64,000 nt of DNA. Origin: Plasmodiophora brassicae (taxonomy: Eukaryota). The translations under genes were made by a program, and so were the position numbers. The stretch spans positions 1,426,001-1,490,000 of the forward strand of contig CP145410.1 of the NCBI GenBank assembly GCA_036867785.1. The letters run 5' to 3'. Shown here piece after piece: positions 12,058 to 24,800 of this stretch (positions are counted from its first letter, which is position 1; every line of letters starts with the position of its first letter). The notes below the pieces were generated by a model. That model was given only the letters and a program-made list of their open reading frames with translations. It had not been told where the DNA came from and did not search any database.

Positions 12058-14432
12058 ATGTCGTCCAGCCCGACGGTTGGGGACACTGCTGCAGCCGCGG
12101 CGGACTTGCCGCACGTGGAGACCAGGTTGCCTGCGTCAGCCCAGACGGACGGGTCGACCGGGGCCATGCAGCGCCTTCGTCCAGTGGCGTCCGAGGCGCT
12201 GTCCCCGACGACTCTGTCGGCGCTGTTCTCGAGGCGCCCACGGTCGGTGCTCGGCGAACTGGAATGGGTCGAGTTCAGGTACGCGGGGCTGGTGCGCCTG
12301 CTGGCGCCGCCGGATCAGTTCTCCATCGTACAAAGCGCGCACCAAGCCCTGCTGAGACGAGCGGTGCTCTCGCGTCACCTTCCCGCTGTCGCGCATTCGT
12401 ACCTGGGTCGGTACCCGCTGGATGTGCATGTGCTGAACGCCGCCCTCCTGTGGGCGACGAAGCATCCCACGACGGTACGCGCGGCGAAGGCGTCTGATCC
12501 ACCGTCCGACCCCCATCGCAGACATCGTCCCGAGAACATTCGAACGATACCTGCGCTTGACAAGCGCGTCGACCGAATGAAAAGGAGCGAGGTCAGGCGT
12601 GCGCGCGTGCTCTGCATGCAGGTTACATCGGCTCCCTGACAGCAGCGTGCTCGCCACAGGTGTGGAGCCCCCGCACGATTAGCGTCCAGGACCTGCCCGA
12701 GTCGGAGGCGAGAACCATTTCGCAGGGCAAGTACGGGATCCATATCGAGTCGTCGGACGATTTCATGACGACGAGTCTGCGCGCCGCCGAGGAGATCTGT
12801 ATGGGCCTGGTCGACCTGCTGCCGAGCGTCCGCTGCGATGACCTGACGTACACGACGGCCATCAAGATGGCGTCCCGCTGGGCGTCGCCCGAAGTCTGCC
12901 ACCAGCTGCTGAATCAGGCGACCGAACGGGGGTTCACGATGCCGATGATGATGTGGGGGTTCCTGATGACCAGTTACGGACGCGCTGGTCGCGTTGAAGA
13001 CGCGGGACGTATCTTCTCCAAATTCGAATCGGAGGACTGCCCCGAAATCTACAAGGCCATGATGTCGGCCCTGGGGGAGGTCGGTGATATCGACGGCATC
13101 TGGAATCTGTATCTGCGCATGAAGGTCAAGGAGATCGTCCCCACCATCCTCGTCTACGAGACCGTTCTGCACTTCCTGACGAAACATGGCCGGCTTGACA
13201 ACATCGTCACTGTGCTGCAGGACATGCGCGAAGTTCACAGAACGCATCCAGTCGGGCCGTTACTTGTCGAGATCGTCAACGCTCTCGGCCTGACGCACAT
13301 CGGTGAATCGTACCAATTGCTGAATTTAACCGCGAACGACAAGGACCAGTGGATGCTTGTCGCAACGACGCTGGCCTGCGTGAAGGCGCGCTCTGGGGCG
13401 GCCGGCTCTGTTAACGTCATCTTGGATCTGATCAAGGAGCGGGGCCTGTCACTGAACATGCAAGACGCATCGTTCCTGATGGTCAGTGCATCGTATCGAT
13501 GTCCATGCAGATGTGTGTGTGACTTGCGATCTGTTTAGTCGGCGTATGCACAAGGTGGGCAGTATGCGCGCGCCCGTCAGATGCTGGATGAGTACGGGGA
13601 GGCGCTTGCCGCCAATCAGTCGTCCAAGCTAAGAACGATCAGCAACAAAGCCGTTGCCGACCTGATCGTATCGGCTCCAACATGCGCCGACGTGATCGAT
13701 TGCCTGCAACGTGTTCTGCAACTTCGCTTGTTGCTACAGTCTGGCACAATCGCGATCGTTCTTCGTCAAGTTCGGCAGCTGGGGACGCCGGACGAGCTGT
13801 GCGAGTGTGAACGCATGCTGATGTCGTCGCCGCTGTGGCCTGCCGACCTGTACCCTGGCATGATTCTGTCGTTGATCGAGGCCAATGACATGGTCGGCGT
13901 CATGCGGTTCCTGTCGGGCCCCGTTACGTCGCTGAACCTCGACGACCGCGGCCACTGCGTCCTTCGTCGTGTGCGTTACCGGTTGCTGGTCGCTACGGCC
14001 GCAATCGAACGGGACCGCCGTCTGCGTTTCGACCTGCATTCCTTCATGTTGTTTCAGGCCCGGATCGTGCTGCTTCCCAAGAACTTCACCGTCTTCCTCG
14101 ACGACTGTATCGAGCTGCGGCAATGGGACATGTTCGACCTTGTCGTGGAGGCCATCTGGGACCAACGCGTTGCATGTCCGCCCGCCGACTTGTTCGCCCT
14201 TCGCGACACGATCATCGCGTCTGGCCGGCAGCCCAGCGCTGAATTCGACGGCCTGTCCCAGATATGGAACCAGCGAGGTCGTAGTCGTGGCTTCATCCCG
14301 GACGAGGACGACGAACTCGACGAGTCGGGGCGCTCCCTGAACGACGACCGGGACGAGATCGCACCGGGTCCCTTGGGCGGGATCCGCGAGAGCGCCTCAG
14401 ACGCGGACGCGTCGGGCTCGGAACCGTCATGA
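12058..14432 (+). CDS. Pentatricopeptide-repeat (PPR)-like protein, multi-exon
   Basis: Helical repeats WGFLMTSYGRAGRVEDAGRIFSKF and YKAMMSALGEVGDIDGIWNLYLRMKVKEIVPTILVYETVLHFLTKHGRLD. Introns near 12622-12659 and 13482-13539. Confidence 0.75.
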
Positions 14433-14512
14433 CAATACAGATACGTCGTTGCGTGTAATAGGTCAGCAATGTTGCTGTTGTCCCCGTCGCCTCGAAGTGC
14501 GCTGGACGGGAA

Positions 14513-15605
14513 ATGCTGCGGACCGTGGGGCGGCGGCGATGGCTGTCGTCGTCGGCGCCGGTGCCGCTGGCCTACCATGAGCTGGCGACGATGAAGGATG
14601 ACGAGTTCGCGACGCAACGCGGCCGTCGGGCGCCGCTCGTGGTACTGCACGGGCTGCTCGGGTCGAAGAGCAACTTCCGGTCGGTGATGCAGCGCCCGGA
14701 ACTGGCCAGGAACCGTCGGATCGTGCTGGCCGACCTGCGCAACCATGGCGATAGCCCACATGCGGGTTGCATGTCGTTGCAGTACGTCTGAGCCTGCACT
14801 GGGACAAGCCGTGATGGCCGTTGCTGAGGGTATGGCCGACAGTTCGCTGGCGAGCGATGTCTCGCACCTGATTGAACGCCTGGAGCTGAACCGAGTCGTC
14901 CTGATGGGCCATTCGCTGGGCGGGCGCGTCGCCATGGTTGCCGCCGCGCAGACCCCCGACCTGGTCGCCGGCCTTGTTGTGATCGACATGTCTGTCGGCA
15001 CTCCCCTGTCCAGCAGCTGGTCAACGAATCTAAGCGCTGCTGTCTGACAGGGCCCCTGTCAACTACACGCAGTCGACGTCGTCAGGATGGAGGTACACGC
15101 CACCACCCGAGTGCATTCGTCGGTGTGGCACAGGTTCGCTGACCCAGCGCGGCTGTGCACAAACAGGGGCGCGCGTTCCGTTATCAGTGCGATTGCGTCC
15201 CTGGAGCTGGAATCCATGAAATCAAGAAGGGATGTGGAATCAGTGTTGCGCGAGCGGATCCCACATGCACCGACGCGTCAGTTTGTCCTGCAGAACCTGG
15301 TGGTCGACGAGAGCAACAGGGTACGGTGGCGCGTTAACCTCCCCGCTATTGCCGAAAGTGTCAACGAGGCCGCCGAGCCTTTCGGCTGGGATGCGCTACC
15401 GTCGACACCGGACAGCCTGCCGAGCTTGTTTGTCGGCGGCGGGCAGAGCGATTATCTGACGGAGGCGCACCACCCTGTCATCAGGTCGAAATTTCCCACT
15501 GCACAGTTCGCCGTTGTCCCAGATGCAGGTCACTGGGTCCATTCGGAGCGACCGGAACAGTTCGCCCGCGCCGTCGGGCAATTCCTCGATCAGCATGACT
15601 TGTAA
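14513..15605 (+). CDS. ABHD11: ABHD11/YbfF-like alpha/beta hydrolase, multi-exon
   Basis: LHGLLGSKSNF, DLRNHGDSPH, GHSLGG nucleophile elbow, RQFVLQNL and AGHWVHSERP. Confidence 0.88.
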
Positions 15606-15829
15606 ACCCGAATGATCATGCCACTGTATGAAACATGTTTATCGGATAGCGAACGCGGTTGCTTTGGTACACCATTCCCTATGTAGCGATACGTGTATCG
15701 GATGTGAACGTAGACTTCGTCAGTTGCAGTCAGGTCGGGCGGTGACTGAACCCGAGAACCCGTCAAACGACGACGAAGGCGCTGACGGACGGGGTGGTCG
15801 CGTTTCGATTTGATTGTATGGGGGGGGGG

Positions 15830-16024
15830 CAGGGGTAGAGCGAACTCTGAGCCCCTCGACTCATAAATTATGGTGTCAGCCCCGGCAGAGCCGAGACTAC
15901 ACCCCTTCACATGACGCCCTGCGTATGTCTCAACGCGTGCAGGTGGGCCGCTCCAGGATGCCTCCAGGACCTGACTGATCGTCCATAGTGTGGCTGAACC
16001 ACGGAGGACCACCAAGGTAAGTAT
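15830..16024 (-). ncRNA. U1: U1 spliceosomal snRNA (structurally atypical)
   Basis: The minus strand begins ATACTTACCT. It has helix H TGGTG/CACCA, SL1 GGAC-GATCAGTCAG-GTCC (U1-70K loop), SL3 AGTCTCGG/CCGGGGCT, Sm site ATAATTTATG and a terminal stem with a TTCG loop. Confidence 0.92.
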
Positions 16025-16051
16025 GCTTTCCGGGCTGGCGACCTCGGCGTT

Positions 16052-16088
16052 CTTATACGGAACGCGCACCCGTTCCCGGCTATGGGAC
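16052..16088 (-). promoter_or_regulatory. Putative snRNA promoter: USE-like GTCCCATAGC (about -64 to -55) and TATAAG (about -33)
   Basis: Positions are relative to the U1 5' end. The motif resembles the plant USE RTCCCACATCG plus TATA layout. Confidence 0.55.
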
Positions 16089-16256
16089 CACCTCGCGCCG
16101 CGCGCAGTCCCGCTACGCATTTGCCCCACAGCCGGTTGCAAGCACGACGCAAGGTCGGCTGCTGCTCGGCCAGACGGGAACAAGGGACGGGACCGCGACG
16201 ACGCGTCCGGACGCACTGCGTGTGGCGACTGACGAGTGACGCGCGGGCAACCCGCC

Positions 16257-17599
16257 ATGGATCCGCTGACGGCGCTACGCCAGGCGTTTCTAGCCGGCGG
16301 GCGCATCACGCGCGATGCCGATGCGTATATACTGGGCGACAGGAAGTTCAAGGCCACCGCGCAAACCGCTGTAGGTCGCCCGCTGGCGCCTGCCCGTCTG
16401 TGTGTGTCTGGTATTCACGATCCAGTTGACAGTACCGGGCGAATCGCGGCACGGGCGACCTGTACACGTTGGATGCGCTGGCGATCCTCCTGCAAGCACA
16501 GGTCAACCAGAAAGTGAAATTCTCCGACTACTTCAAGCTGTGCAGGGAGCACGGCGTCAAGAACGCGGTCGCTGTCACAGATCTAAAGGTTCGCCCCGCC
16601 GTCGACGCCCGACTCTGCTCTCTCCCCAGCACTGACCTGGTCGTCCACAGGACGTGTTGGCATACCTCACGGGTGCGAGTTCCACCTCGACGTGCATTGA
16701 TGCAACGGCCATGCTGGCCCAGAAAGACGCGTCGTTATCTGAACCCGTCAGCAGCGTCGAACTGGACCGGGAAGCGGCCGCTGGCCCACGAGGGTACGAT
16801 TACCGCGCCGACGAATGGGTCTTATCCGACCGGGACACGGTGCTTCGTAACCCGAAGAAGGATTTCTCGATGGCCATCGCCATTGTCGACGAGATTTGGA
16901 AAGAGGATTCCAGGATGGAGTCGCGTCCGAAGTCGAAGGGCGCTGCTGGGCAGCGACCAGCTGAGGCCCCTGCTGCCAAGGGTGCCCCGATCATCATCGT
17001 TCCGGAGAGCCTGGCCTCTGTGGTCACGATATTTAACGCCAAGGAGTTCCTCGAGCAGGGCTACTGGGTGTCGTCCAACGAGCAACGCGCCAAGCTGAAA
17101 GGCACGCCCGATGTCGTTCGGATCCAGCGGAAGTACGTTTCTCGGTTCGGGCATGCGCTGCCGTTCCTCTCCCTCTGACGTTCGTTGCTGCAGAAGCGGC
17201 ATCACCGGCCATGTCGTTGAGTATGAAGTCTACCATGACGTGGCGTCGTTCACAGGCGAAATGTGGAAGCGCGTGGTGTGTGTCGTCGTCCAAGGCCAGT
17301 CGTGGCAATTCAAGGGGTGGGCCATCGGGAAGACGCCGCAGGAGATCTTCGAGAAAGGTCGATCCGTGTGCTGTCACTGCTGGCCATGCATCGTCTGACG
17401 GGGGGACGCGTGCGTAGTGTACTGTTTCCATTTGCACTTCGACGACGAGAAGGCGCATCCGAACATTGCGACCTGGGGCATCAAGTCGTTCTCGGTCAGC
17501 AAGACGCGCCGGCATCTGACCATGAGCGTCTACCATACCATGTGGCAGAACATCGAGCAGCGGATCGCGTCCAGCAAGTCCCAATTGGTACATTTCTAG
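16257..17599 (+). CDS. CDC73: Paf1 complex subunit Cdc73/parafibromin, multi-exon
   Basis: MDPLTALRQ, PIIIVP..TIFNAKEFLEQG, WKRVVCVVVQGQSWQFKGW and SKTRRHL. Confidence 0.92.
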
Positions 17600-17929
17600 A
17601 CTGTGTACGCCCGGGTCCTCCGATCGACGCCTGTGTGCGGATCGTTTCCGTGGTATGATGGGTGGACCGTGTCGGCACCACCGTTTCGACAGTGTCATTG
17701 GGCACCCCGATGTCCAGCACACTGAGCCTGCGGATGGGTGGCGACGCGAACACGTCGCTGGTTCGGGGTACGTAGGTGACCCGGGGCCTTACGCTGTCTG
17801 CCTTGATCGGCGCGCTCAGCGACGGCCACGACGCGTTGGCCCAGGGATGCCGTTAGGTCCCAGGCCCCGGGGGACTCTCGCGATCCGGTGACGCGACGTC
17901 TACCGGCGTGTGTGTGTGTGTGTATCGAC

Positions 17930-18763
17930 TAGGTGTCAGGGCGTGCGCCGGTGGCGTGTGCTCCGGTCGCGATGCCCTGACGTCGGGCGCCCGGAACGCC
18001 CGATCGATGGCCTGGGGACGGGTGCTCGGACGCTGGCCGACGGGACGACGTGACGCGGACGAACGGCGACGCGGTGTCGACGAACGTCAGTGGTGTTAGT
18101 TCGACGGCGCCCACATGCGCTCGCGCTGGCATTGCCGTTCGCGCTCTGGTTGTCCTGGCTGGTGTTGCTGCTGGTGCTGCTACGGCTGCTGCTTCCGGTG
18201 ATGTAGACAATCGTGGGAGGGCGCTTGGGGATCTTGGCCAGCGACGGATGGTCCAGGCGTAGGTGGGTCGGGCGTCCCAGCTGCCAGACACGTCAGCAGA
18301 GCGGTCTGCGAGGCGGACGGCCCACGCGCCCCCCGACCTTCCCGAAGTCGATGGACGACATCAGGCGCTGCCGTCTGGCGGCCCTGTCGACGTCGCCGCC
18401 GGCGCCCCGGGTGACGTCAGGCGGGACGATTTCACCGTCCTCGATTGCCGCACTGGCGAGCGCCGCGTCGCCATCGTCGCTCGGCTCCTGCCCGCCGTGT
18501 CGCGCGACCAGCGACGTGGAAGCGCTCGGGCGCGCCTTCCGCTTGCGGCTGCTGCTGCTGCTGCCGTCCAGCGCTGCCAGCTGGGCGCCGACATCGCTGG
18601 CATGGCGGGCCGCCACACGACCGAAGGCGTCGATCGGCACCGCAACGATCGTCATATGGTCGTCGAAACGCGCGCGCGCCCGAACGCCAAGTGCCAGTGT
18701 CGGTCCGATATCGAACGGCCGATCGGCGAGTAACGGCAGGCCCTGGGTCGAACACACACACAC
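17930..18763 (-). CDS. Hypothetical low-complexity protein (exon structure uncertain)
   Basis: Coding-like ORF 18293-18763 with RKRK and IEDGEI, plus a plausible GT-AG intron near 18281-18338. No family was recognised. Confidence 0.3.
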
Positions 18764-18866
18764 AGCGGGTGGTGGGCGGGGTCAGCACCCGCCCGATCCG
18801 ATCCTAAACGGCGATCATCGACCGGTGGCCTGTGTGGGCAACCGCCGCCTGTGGCGCGTGTATTGA

Positions 18867-21800
18867 TCAGCCGTCGACCTCGAGCAGCAGGACGACGCCG
18901 TTGAGGACCCATTTGGCGGGCGGCAGCTTGGTTCGCAGGCCGGCCGCGAACACGTACGTGGGCCCGCGCCGCTGCGTCTTGTAGACCGGGCAGTTGTAGA
19001 TCCCCGTCTTCTCCTGCTTGTCCGACAGGATCGCCCGGCAGTTGATGACGGGCATCTCCATGAACATCTCGCGGGGCAGCGAGTCCTCGAGCGTGCCCAG
19101 CTTGGTGTTCCAGCGCGCCCCGACGATCTTCAGCCCGCTGACGTAGGCGCCGTCGCGGGCGGGCGCGTCGATCTGCTCCGGGTCGTACCGGGTGACCTCG
19201 GTCTGCACGACCAGCTTGTCGAGCTCGAGGTTGTTCCGCTGGGCGGTCACCTGCATGATGGCGGTCAGGAACGACTGCGGGTTGAACAGGTACGGCAGGT
19301 TGACGACGAAGGGCAGGTTGGTCGGGTTGTCCACCCAGCGCTGCAGCTGGGCGATACGCTGCAGGAGGTCGTCGACCCAGGTGGCCAGGTCGCGCAGCGA
19401 CGGGTACGCCATGGCCGTCCACGTCGCCGGCACCCTGTTCATGTAGAGCGACACCTCCAGGGCCTCCATGCGGGCGTTCCGCGTCAGGGCGCCCGACAGG
19501 CCCAGGTCGAGCTCGGTCAGCGACCTGTTGATCTCGTCGATCAGCGCGTTCATGCGGGCGCACTCCTGCATGAACACGTTCTGGTACGGGCCGCGCTCCT
19601 CCTCGGTCAGCGCCGCCGACAGGTCGTCCAGGTCGAAGCGCACGTCGCTGAACTTCTCCTGCAGGGCCTCCAGGACCTGCTCGATGCGCGACGCCCCGCC
19701 CTTGCCGCCGTCGGCGCCGGCCGCCCCCTTGGGCTGCAACTCGAGCAGGCAGTTGAACAGGTCCATGGACTCCTGCGTCCGGACGCCAATCTCGGCGTTC
19801 GGGTGCAGGCCGAACAGGACCGGGCTCTCGAATTGCAACTCCCGGTCGATGTACGTGAAGTACTCGTCGTACGGGAGGACGGGCGGCGCCCGGAAGTGCT
19901 CCTCGGTGGCGGCGTCCACGTAGGGCAGCAGCTCCATCTCGTCGAACAGCTCGTCGCGCATGTAGAACTTGAGGTACGTGGCGCAGAGCAGGCGATCCCA
20001 GTCGTCGGTGATGTGCCCGCCGTACATGATCTCGCCGAAGATGTACCGCAGGTCGTCCCAGGGCACCTTCTCGCCGGCCGTCTCCAGGTAGTTGGACAGG
20101 ACGGTGGACGAGTCCATCAGGTCGCCCGTGTTGAACGGGTACATGACGTTCCAGCCCTTGGGCCCGAACTTCTTCCGCTCCAGGACGACCGAGTGGAAGT
20201 GGCACAGGCCGAACAGGATCGTCTTGATCTTGGCGTCCTTGAACTCGAACTCGTCCTTGTCGAAGTTGGCGAACGCGCGCTTCAGGTTCGCCTTCAGGCC
20301 CTGCGGCGGCTCGTTCGTCAGCTTGATGGAGCGCTCGAGCAGGCCGATCGGGATGCGGTCGTTCGGCTCGGCCGACAGGAACACGCGGAAGTCGGCGTGC
20401 GACCCCTCGATGGCGAACTCGTCCAGCTTCTTCTCCAGGTCCAGGGTCCACCTGGGCATCAGGTGGATGTTCTCCAGGATGACCCAGCTGCCGTCCCGGT
20501 GGGCGGCCGCCAGGCGCGCCATGGCGATCACGTCCTGGCCCTGGCCCATGGCCACGCGATGCACGCGGCCGTTCGCGTACCCGAGCTTCTTGGCCAGGGC
20601 CATGACGGTCTGGACGGGGTCGGCGCCCGCCGACAGGATGAAGAACAGGGGCGTCACCGGGTTACTGTCGTTGAACGACGTCTCCAGGACGTCGAAGAAG
20701 GAGTTCTGCGCGTCCAGCTCGGTGAAGTCCTTGCCGCTCGGCAGCGTCTGGGCGACGTAGTTCGAGATGGCCGTCGTCATGCGATCCGGGCGCATGCACT
20801 TGACGACCAGGAGCTTCATGAAGGGCGACGTGTCGTCCAGCTTGCGCCAGTCGAGCGGCAGCGGCGACGACTCGGGCCGCGCCTTCAGGTACCAGTCCTT
20901 GAAGCGGTTCGGCGACGACAGCATGTCCTTGGCGAGGCCCTGGAACCCGTCCAGGTCGACCAGGGCCTGGATCGACGCCCAGGACGACGCCGACAGGAAC
21001 GGCAGCGGGTTCTCCTGGCCGATCTTCTTCAGGTCGCCGACCAGGAACAGGAAGTGCTCCCGGGAGAAGGTCGCCCCCTGCAGGACGCCGCGCTCGACCA
21101 GGCGGAAGACGAGCTGCGACGAGAAGATCAGCTTGTGCTTCTCGAAGAGGCCCCGGGACACCCAGGTGTAGATCGTGATGCGGATCTTCTCGGTCAGCAG
21201 CTTGGAGCGATCGCGCACGTTGTCCGCCTTGGTCGTCCGGTCGATGGCCTTGTAGAAGAAGCCGACGAACGCGTCCAGCGAGTACCGGTACATGTGGTCG
21301 ATGATCTGCAGCAGGTTCAGCAGGAAGTACAGGCAGGAGGCCTCGGCGGCCACGCTCCGGAACTCGTTCCGCGTCTTGTTGATGGCCACCTCCTGCTCCT
21401 TGGCGGCGTCGACCTTCTTGACGATCTCGACGGCGGCGATCTTGGTCGACTCGAGGCCCTCGATCAGCGACACGTCCGACAGGATGTCGTCCGGCGCGTT
21501 CGACAGCTTCTGCAGGAGCTCGTTCTCGAGGTCGTTCAGGTTGACCATGTACTGGTTGATCGACCGGACCAGGGCCGTCCGGCGCTCCTCCAGCTCCGGC
21601 TTCTCCTTGTTGACGACCAGGGCGAGGAGCTGCTCCTCGAGGCCGCCCTCGGTGACGATGAAGTTGATCAGCGTGCACTGGGCGGCGACCTCCGGCTTGT
21701 AGTGCGGGTTCGACAGCTTCGTCTGCAGGTACAGCTGGAAGTTCTCGTCGTAGGACACCTCCTCGCCGCCCAGCCGGATGAACAGGCTGCGGCCGCGCTT

Positions 21801-24800
21801 GAAGAACGACCGCGAGATGATCGGGTCGAGCAGGCCGTCGATCTCCTCGCTCAGGTTCTCGATCAGGACCGTGTACCCGTTCTGGACGGCGTTGCTGACG
21901 ATGTTCAGCCACTTGGGCCCGGTCAGCGACACGACCTTCAGGTCCTTCTCGCGCCCGCGTATCCACTTGACGCCCTGCAACTGCGGGTCGATCAGCAGCG
22001 GCCAGCGCTGGCACTGTGTGATGATGGCGCCGTTCTCCAACGAGATCGTGTCCGCCGGCAGGCCCTCGTTCTTCCACGCGGCGATCGTCGCCTCGTTGGT
22101 CAGCACGGCGAACGGCGTGATGTCCGGCGTCAACGGGATGCCCTTCTCGACGAGGTCGGGCAGCCACCTGCCGCGCCAGAGCGACAGGCGGAAGTCCTGG
22201 TCGAACGCGCCAATGTACGAGACGAAGGCGGCGCCGAGCAGGACGTCGCCGATGATGGTGCGTGCCATCTCCTGGAACGCGATGATGCCCTTGCCCCAGC
22301 GTTCGTTCTCGTCGGCGAGGCCGTTGACGAGGCGGTTGGCCAGCGACAACCGGTTCTGGCACTGGCGGGCGTCCTCCTCGACCTGGTTCTTCTCGTTGAT
22401 CGCCTCCTGCAGCTTGGCGGTGACCTTGTCGAGCTCGGCCTTCATGTCGGCCACCTTCTTCTGCACGACGGCCAGCTTGGCCATGGCCTCCTCGAACTCG
22501 GCGGTCGCCTTGGCCGCCGCCGCCATCTTGGGCGCCACGTTCTTGTAGATCTCGTTGTACTGCACCGACGAGATGATCCACTTGCAGAGGTTGGCCGCCG
22601 CCGACGACACGGCCAGCATGGGCTCGTACTGGAAGTATTCCATGGCCATGATCGGCTTCAGCTCGACGATGGTGGCCTCGGTCAGCTCGCGGGCGTCGAC
22701 CGCCTTCAGCTGCCGCAGGAACTGGTCGACCGACGCCATCATCTTCTTGGCGGCGTTCCAGTCGAACTTGCCGGCCTTCTTCCCCGTCAGCAGGATGTAC
22801 GTCGCCTTCGTCACGTCGATGACGGCCGCCGTCGGCGACTTGAACGACTTGAGCGTCGTCAGCGAGTCCTTGTTCAGGCAGTTGACGGCCTCGCTGGCCT
22901 GCTCCAGGATCGGCAGCGCCTTGACCAGCTCGGCCTCGCACTCGCCCTTGATCCGGTTGGCGATGTCGGCGACGCCCTTGCTGGACTCGGCCTCGATGTT
23001 CGCCAGCGCCTGCTGCTCCTCGACCTTGCCGCGCTCGACGCCCATCACCTCGATGAGCTCGGTGGCGCGCGTGCTCTTCTGCGCCACGATCTTCAGGGTG
23101 CGCTGCAGGTCCTCCTTCAGCAGCGACACGTCCTGCTGCGTCTTCTGCAGCGTGGCGATGCCCTTCTCGAGGCGGGCGGTCTGCATGCCCAGCTTGTCCT
23201 TCTTCTCGGCCAGCAGCATCTTGTAGAAGGAGATCAGCTCGAGGAACGACTTGGGCGTCGTGTAGTTGTACCGCTTCTGGACCTGCAGGTACCGCTGGCT
23301 GGCCTCGTTGACGCTCAGGTGCACCTCGGCCATGTGATGGGCGATGTTCTCCCGCAGGTCGCCGCTGCCGACGTCGACGTCGGCCAGGAAGCGGAACGCG
23401 ACGCTGACCAGGGCGTCCTGGGGCCACGGGTGGAACCAGTCGATGCTCGTGTTGTTGATCAGCGCCGGGAACTGGCGGCACCGCACGCGGAACTTGTCGC
23501 CGACGGGCGAGAAGCAGAGGACGACGTGCAGGTTGCACTTGACCTTGCGGATGAAGAAGTCCTGCATGGCGTCCTTCGACTCGGTCTGGACGCCGGCGGC
23601 GCGCGCCTCGTTGCGCAGGGCCGCGTAGATGGCGTCCTTGTCCTCGACGGCGAACAGGTCGGGGATGTACCCGGACGCCAGCAGGTCGTTGATGTAGACG
23701 AGCCAGTGCTCGTTGGCGATCTGCGAGTCCGTCAGCAGGAACGTGATCTTGGCGTTCTTCAGGCCGGACCGCTTGTAGAGCTCCTGCAGGTCGGCCTTGA
23801 GCTCCGGGATGCCATACGTCTTCGTCACCGAGATCTGGAACGTCTCGTACCCGCAGATGTACGAGGCCAGGCGCGCCAGCGACTGCTTGCCGCTGCCGCC
23901 CACGCCGACCAGCAGCGCGTTGCCCGCCGGGTTCTCAATGATCCGGGCGATGCGCGCCACATGGTCCATGGCCATGTCGAACAGGACGAGGTCCATCACC
24001 GGGTTCACGTCGTTGTACTCCTGCAGGTACGTGCCGAGCGAGGCGCCCAGCGTGGCGTAGTCGGGCACCTGCCTGTACTTGCGGGCGCCGCCGCCGCCGT
24101 CGTCGCCGGCTCCGACGAACGTGGCGAACAGGAACGGGCGCGCCGTCAGCGCCTCCTGGTTCATGTCGGTGAACGACTCCTTGGCCTTGTCCTTGAGGAG
24201 CGCCTCGAAGCGCTCCATGTCGGCGGCGGACGTCAGGCGGTCGGAGAAGACGCGGACGGATTCGTGGATCCAGAGGCGCGCCAGCGACATGCCGTTCGGT
24301 ACGGTGCCGGGCACGGACCGGCAGACGCCCTGGAAGATGTTGGTCAGGTCGCGCAGGTTGAACACGTAGTGGAAGTTGCCGGCCGTCGGCATGAAGCGCT
24401 CGTTGACGACGGCGAACAGCTGGATGGACGCGTGGACGATCAGCGGGGCGAGCGCCTGGACCTCCCGGGGGAACGGCGCCAGGTGCCCGGCCAGGATCGA
24501 CAGGTAGATGCGCTTGACGTTCTCCTCGGACGGGTAGCTGCAGGCGAACGTCGTGAAGTGGCGCATGAGGCGCGCGTTGACGAAGAAGGACCCGGCCGTC
24601 GGGTTCATGCACGCAATGTACTGCACGTCCTTGATCTCCTTCTTCTCCAGCTTGGCCCGGTCGTACCAGGCGCCGTAGTCCATGTGCTGGCGCAGGAAGG
24701 CCTCGGGCGACTGCGTCCCGTACTTGTCGACGAACGGCATGTTCAGGTCGTCGACAAAGTAGATCAGCTTCTTGTTGCCCGGCGGGCCGTACGTGCGGCC

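Noticed and set aside
15590..16357. 255-aa minus-strand ORF
   Set aside because: It overlaps the U1 snRNA and the CDC73 start and has no protein-like features.
17908..17923. Short (TG)n microsatellite; also (CT)n near 57419-57433
   Set aside because: Ordinary simple repeats.
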